NCBI GenBank assembly: GCA_027306885.1
Contig: DAHUYV010000041.1
Coordinates: 1-54,328 of the forward strand
DNA from: Candidatus Dormiibacterota bacterium
Lineage (GTDB): Bacteria > Chloroflexota > Dormibacteria > Aeolococcales > Bog-877
Length of the DNA: 54,328 bases
Direction: 5' to 3'
The notes beneath the pieces were generated by a model. That model made no database searches. It was not told the DNA's origin and worked only from the letters and a program-made list of their open reading frames with translations. A program made the position numbers and the translations under genes. Positions 49,408-54,328 of the stretch are shown piece by piece (the stretch's first letter is position 1; the number at the start of each line of letters is the position of its first letter).

Positions 49408-50049
49408 TCAGCGTTTCTGGAGAGCGACCCGAACGCCGAGGCCGATCAACACGCTGCCCGAGACCCTCTCAAGCCAGCGCCGCAGGGGTGCTCTGGTGAG
49501 AGCAAAGCGGCTCCGGGCGATGAGCGAGGTGAGCAGGACGTACCAGGTCGTGTCCACGGCCACCCATACCACACCCAGGAGCAAGGTGGTGGCAAGCACC
49601 GGGGCCCGGGAGGGGACGAACTGGGGCAGGAACGAGAGCGCGAACACCGCTGCCTTCGGATTGCCAAGCTCAGTTGCCAAACCGATCCGAAACGCACCCC
49701 ACCTCGACCACTGCCTGGGCGCCTGGCCCGGCGAGGCGGCTGTTGGGTCCACCGCGGACCCGGACCGACGAGAGCGAAGGAGCGATTGAACCCCGAGGGC
49801 AACGAGCACCAGCGCACCTATGACGCGCATCACGTCATAGGCGACTTGAGATGCCGCGACCACAGCCGAGAGCCCGAAGGCCGTAGCTCCCGACCAGAAG
49901 AGCAACCCTGTCTGGCTTCCCAAGATGGTCGCAAGGGCCGCTTGGCGCCCGGACCGGAGGGTTTGGCGCATCATCACGGCGGTGGTGGGGCCGGGTACGA
50001 TCGCCAGCACAAATGCGGCTGCAGCGAAGGGGAGCAGGATTCGAAGCAT
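49408..50049 (-). CDS. LysE/RhtB family translocator
   Basis: VPGP, GALVLVALG, GNPKAAVF, FLPQF. Confidence 0.9.
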   Translation of the reverse strand: MLRILLPFAAAAFVLAIVPGPTTAVMMRQTLRSGRQAALATILGSQTGLLFWSGATAFGLSAVVAASQVAYDVMRVIGALVLVALGVQSLLRSRRSGSAVDPTAASPGQAPRQWSRWGAFRIGLATELGNPKAAVFALSFLPQFVPSRAPVLATTLLLGVVWVAVDTTWYVLLTSLIARSRFALTRAPLRRWLERVSGSVLIGLGVRVALQKR

Positions 50050-50095
50050 CCCACCATGCTACCCCGGCCATCTGTGCGTGTGCACTCAGCGCCTG

Positions 50096-50392
50096 TCAGA
50101 CCTGGCGGTAGACCTCGTACCGTACGGAGCCGTTGACGAATCCCAGCTGCTGGCCCACCTCCGCGTACTCCCGGTCGGTCAGGGTGCGGGTCTCGTGCTC
50201 CTCGTACCCGTTGAGGTCCTCGTAGGTGTAGACGAGGCGGACGGTGTTCATCTTGCCGCTCAGCCCGAACAGCACTTGGGGCTCGGCGTACCCGTGCTCG
50301 TGGGCACAGTCGCGGTAGCGCTTCACGACCTCCCTGAAGTCTGCCAGACGTCCTGGCCCGATCTGCCCTTGCACGTGGATCTCCACAGCCAT
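50096..50392 (-). CDS. Small hypothetical protein, dimeric alpha-beta barrel/NIPSNAP-like
   Basis: AGGAGGT RBS; PGRLADF...GLSGKMNTVRLVYTYEDL pattern. Confidence 0.65.
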   Translation of the reverse strand: MAVEIHVQGQIGPGRLADFREVVKRYRDCAHEHGYAEPQVLFGLSGKMNTVRLVYTYEDLNGYEEHETRTLTDREYAEVGQQLGFVNGSVRYEVYRQV

Positions 50393-50513
50393 TGCTCTAC
50401 CTCCTGGCCGGACCGAATACCCCCACGAGAGGGATCGTACAGGCCGCGATGAGCACGCCCAACGCCTGCCGCGCGCGGCCACCAGGGCCCACCGATTGCC
50501 AGTTTCCGTACCC

Positions 50514-50811
50514 TTCCGTCGCCTTGGCGACTGGAGTTATGCAGGTGGCCGACACCTGAGGCGCAGAGAGCATCGGCACTCAGGAATCGCCTACCACACC
50601 CCCGCCAACCTCCATTACGGACGGGCTGGCGGGCTCCAGCGCCAGCGGGCTGCAGCCCTCGACCTGGCCTGCCTCGCCCATCCCGAACGCTTCGTGCGCA
50701 GGCCTCCCGAGCCACCCAGGCTCCCTGGAGCCGCTCGGATCAACCGTCCCACCCAGGAGGTAGCTTGACCACAGACTTCCCTGACGCCGCCTGTCTCGCA
50801 CCATGTTGACA
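50514..50811 (+). mobile_element. IS3-family transposase 3' remnant with probable right end
   Basis: HRHSGIAYHTP...HYG...HPERFVRRPP...INRP is a typical C-terminus of one IS3 subgroup; followed by tgtctc...ttgaca. Confidence 0.7.
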
Positions 50812-51082
50812 CGGAGGGTCACGGCCAGTGCGGCGGAGACGCCAACTGCCTGTGGAGCAGGCAGTAAGCCCGGGCCTCGCCTGGCCGGTGGCCGTGAAGC
50901 AGGAACCGGGATCGCCCCGGAGCCCACTGGCTCGATCGGTGGTCCTCAGACCCGTGTCACATTTGTCAAGGTTTGACGAACGGCGAGACCTCGTCGCAGC
51001 GACAATCTGCGGACCCAGGGAGGGAAGGGGGCTTTTCGCCAGCCCCGGGCGTGGACTGGCTCATCTGAACTGGAGTTGCAAT

Positions 51083-51122
51083 CGCTATATCGCTGAGTTA
51101 CTATTGCCTAAGAGATATATCG
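51083..51122. promoter_or_regulatory. Two imperfect CGATATATCG palindromes, putative PadR operators
   Basis: cgctatatcg (51083-51092) and agatatatcg (51113-51122) just upstream of padR. Confidence 0.6.
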
Positions 51123-51141
51123 ATAGCAAGGAGAGCAGCCG

Positions 51142-51756
51142 ATGAAGATTGGATTCAGATCTGAGCAAGGTCCGTCCGATCGGGGAGGCGCCCCCAACTC
51201 CGGCGGCTGGCGCCGCTGGCGGCTCGGGCCCTTGGTCGAGGGCGACATACGGCACGCCCTACGAGGTGGCTTCGGTGGCGGCAGGGTCCCCAGAGGCAAC
51301 GTGCGCGCGGCGATTCTGCTTTTGCTGTCGGAGCAGCCCCGAAACGGCTACCAGATCATGGAGGAGATCTCCCAGCGGAGCAAAGGAGTCTGGCGACCCA
51401 GTCCGGGTTCCGTTTACCCGGCCCTGCAACTGCTGGAGGACGAGGGCATGGTACGGACCGAGGAGACTGATGGGCAGCGTCTGCTCACCCTCACCGCCGC
51501 GGGACTGGCCCACACCAGCGAGCACCGCGGGGAGTTCGGGTCGCCCTGGGACGATGTCTCGGGCGCCATCGGTGATGACATCCATGAGCTCTTCGCGCTG
51601 ATGCGCCAGACGGCCGGCGCGCTGGTGCAAGTGGTCCACACCGGCGACCAGGCTCAGGTGGGCAGGGCCGCCCACCTGTTGCGCGAGACCAAGCACGGCC
51701 TCTACAGGATCCTGGCCGAGGACGAGGCGGCCGACGCCGACAGCCCCGGGCGGTGA
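51142..51756 (+). CDS. PadR family transcriptional regulator
   Basis: RGNVRAAILLLL.EQPRNGYQIM, WRPSPGSVYPALQLLEDEG, LYRILAE. Confidence 0.92.
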   Translation: MKIGFRSEQGPSDRGGAPNSGGWRRWRLGPLVEGDIRHALRGGFGGGRVPRGNVRAAILLLLSEQPRNGYQIMEEISQRSKGVWRPSPGSVYPALQLLEDEGMVRTEETDGQRLLTLTAAGLAHTSEHRGEFGSPWDDVSGAIGDDIHELFALMRQTAGALVQVVHTGDQAQVGRAAHLLRETKHGLYRILAEDEAADADSPGR

Positions 51757-52721
51757 GTGCCCCTGCCGTCTTGGCGAAGCACCTCTCCCGCTCGTTCGGC
51801 GCCACTCGAGCACTGGTGGACGTCAGCTTCGAGGTTCGCGGGGGTACCGTGTGCGCGCTCCTGGGCCGCAATGGCGCTGGCAAGACCACGGCGGTCCGCA
51901 TCCTCACCACCCTGCTCCGGGCGGATGGCGGCAGCGCCTTGGTCGATGGTTTCGATGTCTCCACCCAGGCGCACCAGGTCCGGACCAGGATTGGCGTGAC
52001 CGGGCAGAGCGCAACCATGGATGAGCTGCTCACCGGGTCCGAGAACCTTGAGACCATCGGGCGCTTCTGCCACCTGGGGGCAGGTGCCGCGCGTCGGCGT
52101 GCGGATGAGCTGCTCCGACAGTTCGATCTCCTCAACGCCGGCAATAGGCTGGTGAAGCGATATTCCGGTGGGATGCGTCGGCGTCTCGACCTCGCGGCCA
52201 GCCTGATCGCGGAGCCCAACATGCTGTTCCTGGACGAGCCCACCACGGGTTTGGACCCAGTCAGCCGCGGCGAGATGTGGGCATACATCCGGGGTTTGGT
52301 CTCAGCCGGTACCACGGTGCTGCTGACGACACAGTACCTCGACGAGGCCGACCGGCTGGCCGACACCATCGTGGTCATCGACCGTGGCCTGGTCGTGGCC
52401 CGGGGAACACCTGAGCAGCTCAAGTCGTCGATCGGGCGACCATTTCTACGGGTCACCCTGCCCGACGCCAGCGGCGCGGCCACGGATCAGGTGAGGCAGC
52501 TTCTCGGCGACGAGGCCGAGGTCCAAGGGCGGTCTGTGAGCGCGCCGGCCGCCGACGGCTTGACCACCCTCAGTGAGGTCGTCGGGCAGCTCCGCCGCCT
52601 GGGAATAGCAACTCATGAGGTCGGCCTAGAGCTGCCCAGCCTGGACGAGGTCTTCAGCTCCGTCACTGACCACTCTGCCGGCCCGGAGCCGTCACCGACT
52701 CCGGTGGGTGGCGAGGCGTGA
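51753..52721 (+). CDS. DrrA-type ABC exporter ATP-binding protein
   Basis: GRNGAGKTT, YSGGMRRRLDLA, LFLDEPTTGLD, TTQYLDEAD, LDEVF. Confidence 0.93.
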   Translation: MSAPAVLAKHLSRSFGATRALVDVSFEVRGGTVCALLGRNGAGKTTAVRILTTLLRADGGSALVDGFDVSTQAHQVRTRIGVTGQSATMDELLTGSENLETIGRFCHLGAGAARRRADELLRQFDLLNAGNRLVKRYSGGMRRRLDLAASLIAEPNMLFLDEPTTGLDPVSRGEMWAYIRGLVSAGTTVLLTTQYLDEADRLADTIVVIDRGLVVARGTPEQLKSSIGRPFLRVTLPDASGAATDQVRQLLGDEAEVQGRSVSAPAADGLTTLSEVVGQLRRLGIATHEVGLELPSLDEVFSSVTDHSAGPEPSPTPVGGEA

Positions 52722-53539
52722 GCCAGCCATCGCTCCCAACCCGCAGTCGGCTGGGAGGCGGCGTCCGCGATGCCTACACCGCCACCCGGCGATTCCTGAT
52801 CCGGGGGAGGCGCCAGCCCGACGTCATCTTCGGCAGCGTCCTGATCCCCGTCATCTTCGTGGTGCTCTTCGGCTACGTCTTCGGCAGTTCGATCAGCATC
52901 CCGGGCGGGAACTATCGCGCCTACCTGATGCCTGGGCTCTTCGCGATGTCCATCTTGTTCAACTCGAACAACGTCGCCGTGGCGGTGGCGACCGACATGA
53001 GTGAGGGCGTCGTGGACCGGTTTCGGACGCTCCCGATCGCACGCTCGGCGATCGGTGTCGGCCGCTCGGTCTCCAGCCTGCTGCTGGGCGTTCCGGTGCT
53101 GATGGTGATGATCCTTTGTGGGCTGGCAGTGGGCTGGCGGGTTGAGGACGGCCTGGGCAACGCGGTGCTCGCGTTCCTGCTTTTCGAACTGTTCGGATTT
53201 GCCATCGGCTGGCTCGGGATCCTAGTGGGGCTGCTGGCGGGCTCGGCACAGGCGGCGGATGTGATCATCTCCATCCCCACGTTCCTGCTCGGGTTCATCT
53301 CCAGCGTCTTCGTCGACCCGTCGAAGATGCCCACCTGGCTGCGGCTGATTGCCTATTGGAACCCGATGTCTGCGGTCGTGACCGCCGGGCGCCAGCTCTT
53401 CGGCAACACCATAGGGCCCCCTCCGTCCGGAGTTTGGTCGCTGGACCACCCGATCGTCACCACCGTCGGGCTCGCGCTCCTGATCGTCCTGATCGTGGTT
53501 CCGATCTGCGTGCGCCTTTACAGCCGAAGCACGCGCTGA
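52718..53539 (+). CDS. DrrB-type ABC-2 permease
   Basis: VVLFGYVFG, YLMPG, DRFRTLPI, WNPMS; GTGA overlap. Confidence 0.92.
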   Translation: MSQPSLPTRSRLGGGVRDAYTATRRFLIRGRRQPDVIFGSVLIPVIFVVLFGYVFGSSISIPGGNYRAYLMPGLFAMSILFNSNNVAVAVATDMSEGVVDRFRTLPIARSAIGVGRSVSSLLLGVPVLMVMILCGLAVGWRVEDGLGNAVLAFLLFELFGFAIGWLGILVGLLAGSAQAADVIISIPTFLLGFISSVFVDPSKMPTWLRLIAYWNPMSAVVTAGRQLFGNTIGPPPSGVWSLDHPIVTTVGLALLIVLIVVPICVRLYSRSTR

Positions 53540-53572
53540 GGGGGGCCTGGCGCACGACACCAAGGGAACCTA

Positions 53573-53597
53573 AAACGGAACGGCCCCGACGGGGCCG
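53573..53597 (-). terminator. Intrinsic terminator-like hairpin
   Basis: Minus strand reads cggcccc-gtc-ggggccg followed by ttccgtttt; lies between convergent genes. Confidence 0.5.
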
Positions 53598-53852
53598 GTG
53601 TTGTGGCTCGGTGGCCGATCCTGGCGGCTCGCGCGAACTCAAGAGGCGGCGGGGCTGGGTCTTGGCGGTTCGCGTTTGCCACCAGCACTGAGACGAACCC
53701 GGCCGAGGCCGCCCGGGTCCTCCCGTTCTCGCAGCCAGTGGTGGCGGCGATGGCGTCGAGAGCGCGCGCCAGATACCGGCAAGATGGCTCGGCGAAAAAG
53801 CTGGTCCCGGGCGGACGTCCCGCCGCGGCGCTCTGGCGATGGCGAGCCGACC

Positions 53853-54089
53853 TCAGCTACCCACTTCGCGCACCCGCATCGCCGCCACCGCGCCGCCCAG
53901 GCCGACAGCGACGATCGCCACCATTATCCAAAGGCCGGTCCAGTAGAGGCCCGAGGTGAGTGGCTGGCCGTAGAGGTGGAAGAGCGAGATGTTTAGGGTC
54001 CCGCTGGGCCAGTTGAGCAGGGGGGCCAGGAGGGGAATGTAGATGGAAACCGCGGGGATGGCAGCGAGCAAGGGCACCGTTCCCGCCAC
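53853..54089 (-). pseudogene. C-terminal fragment of an ABC-2 type exporter permease
   Basis: LLNWP...SLFHLYGQPL...TM...REVG resembles permease C-termini; the rest of the gene is not present upstream. Confidence 0.5.
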
Positions 54090-54328
54090 CGATCTGCTGC
54101 CCGGCGCCCATCGCGCAACTCACTGGGATCTGCGCAGCGTGGAGACTGGATCACATAACGGGGACCACACAAGTCACTGGAGACCCGCGCCTCGCCCTCG
54201 CGCGCGGACGCATGAGAACCCGAAAGTATGCGGGCCTCTCGGTGACAACTCACTGACGAAACTGTAAGAGGGTCATCTTCTCTGAGTCGCAATTGGGTCG
54301 CGGGCCCGGTCCTTCGTACTGGGCCCTG

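Larger units (their letters stand above)
41541..54328. mobile_element. Putative genomic island integrated at the tRNA-Cys 3' end (distal boundary not seen)
   Basis: Integrase abutting the tRNA, arm-type-like repeats, several pseudogenes, an IS remnant, accessory cargo and longer intergenic gaps than in the core region. Confidence 0.75.

Noticed and set aside
54284-54290. gagtcgc as the second att copy of the tRNA-Cys 3' end
   Set aside because: Only 7 nt match and the flanks diverge; expected by chance
41627-54328. Prophage or anti-phage defence island
   Set aside because: No structural, replication, conjugation, restriction-modification, toxin-antitoxin or other defence genes recognised; cargo is metabolic and efflux

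Overview
High-GC bacterial chromosome segment. The gene mix suggests a Terrabacteria lineage such as Ca. Dormibacterota or Chloroflexota; this is inference only. Bases 1-41540 are mostly core genes: a cofactor cluster (MOSC, ChdC/HemQ-like, thyX, sulfite-oxidase-like Mo enzyme, ErpA/IscA, F420 genes cofD-cofC-cofE, moaD-moaE fusion), Wzm/Wzt plus GT2 and GtrA, two HtrA-like genes (one catalytically degenerate), malic enzyme, pyrG-radical SAM-rpmE-prfA, a Ser/Pro-rich surface protein behind a structured leader, hemACDB-cyclophilin-hemL, tatAC-rph-rdgB-tRNA-Pro, several hydrolases and tRNA-Cys. From the tRNA-Cys 3' end (41541) to the window end lies an apparent genomic island. It carries a tyrosine integrase with arm-type repeats, cysK and SHOCT remnants, a sulfide-handling module (ArsR-rhodanese, DsrE, SQR, MFS, DUF2180-like), isochorismatase, LysE, an IS3 remnant and PadR-DrrAB. 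No CRISPR array or rRNA was seen. The best candidate for an undescribed system is the island sulfide module, which lacks a persulfide dioxygenase. All family calls come from recognising motifs by eye; no database searches were run.
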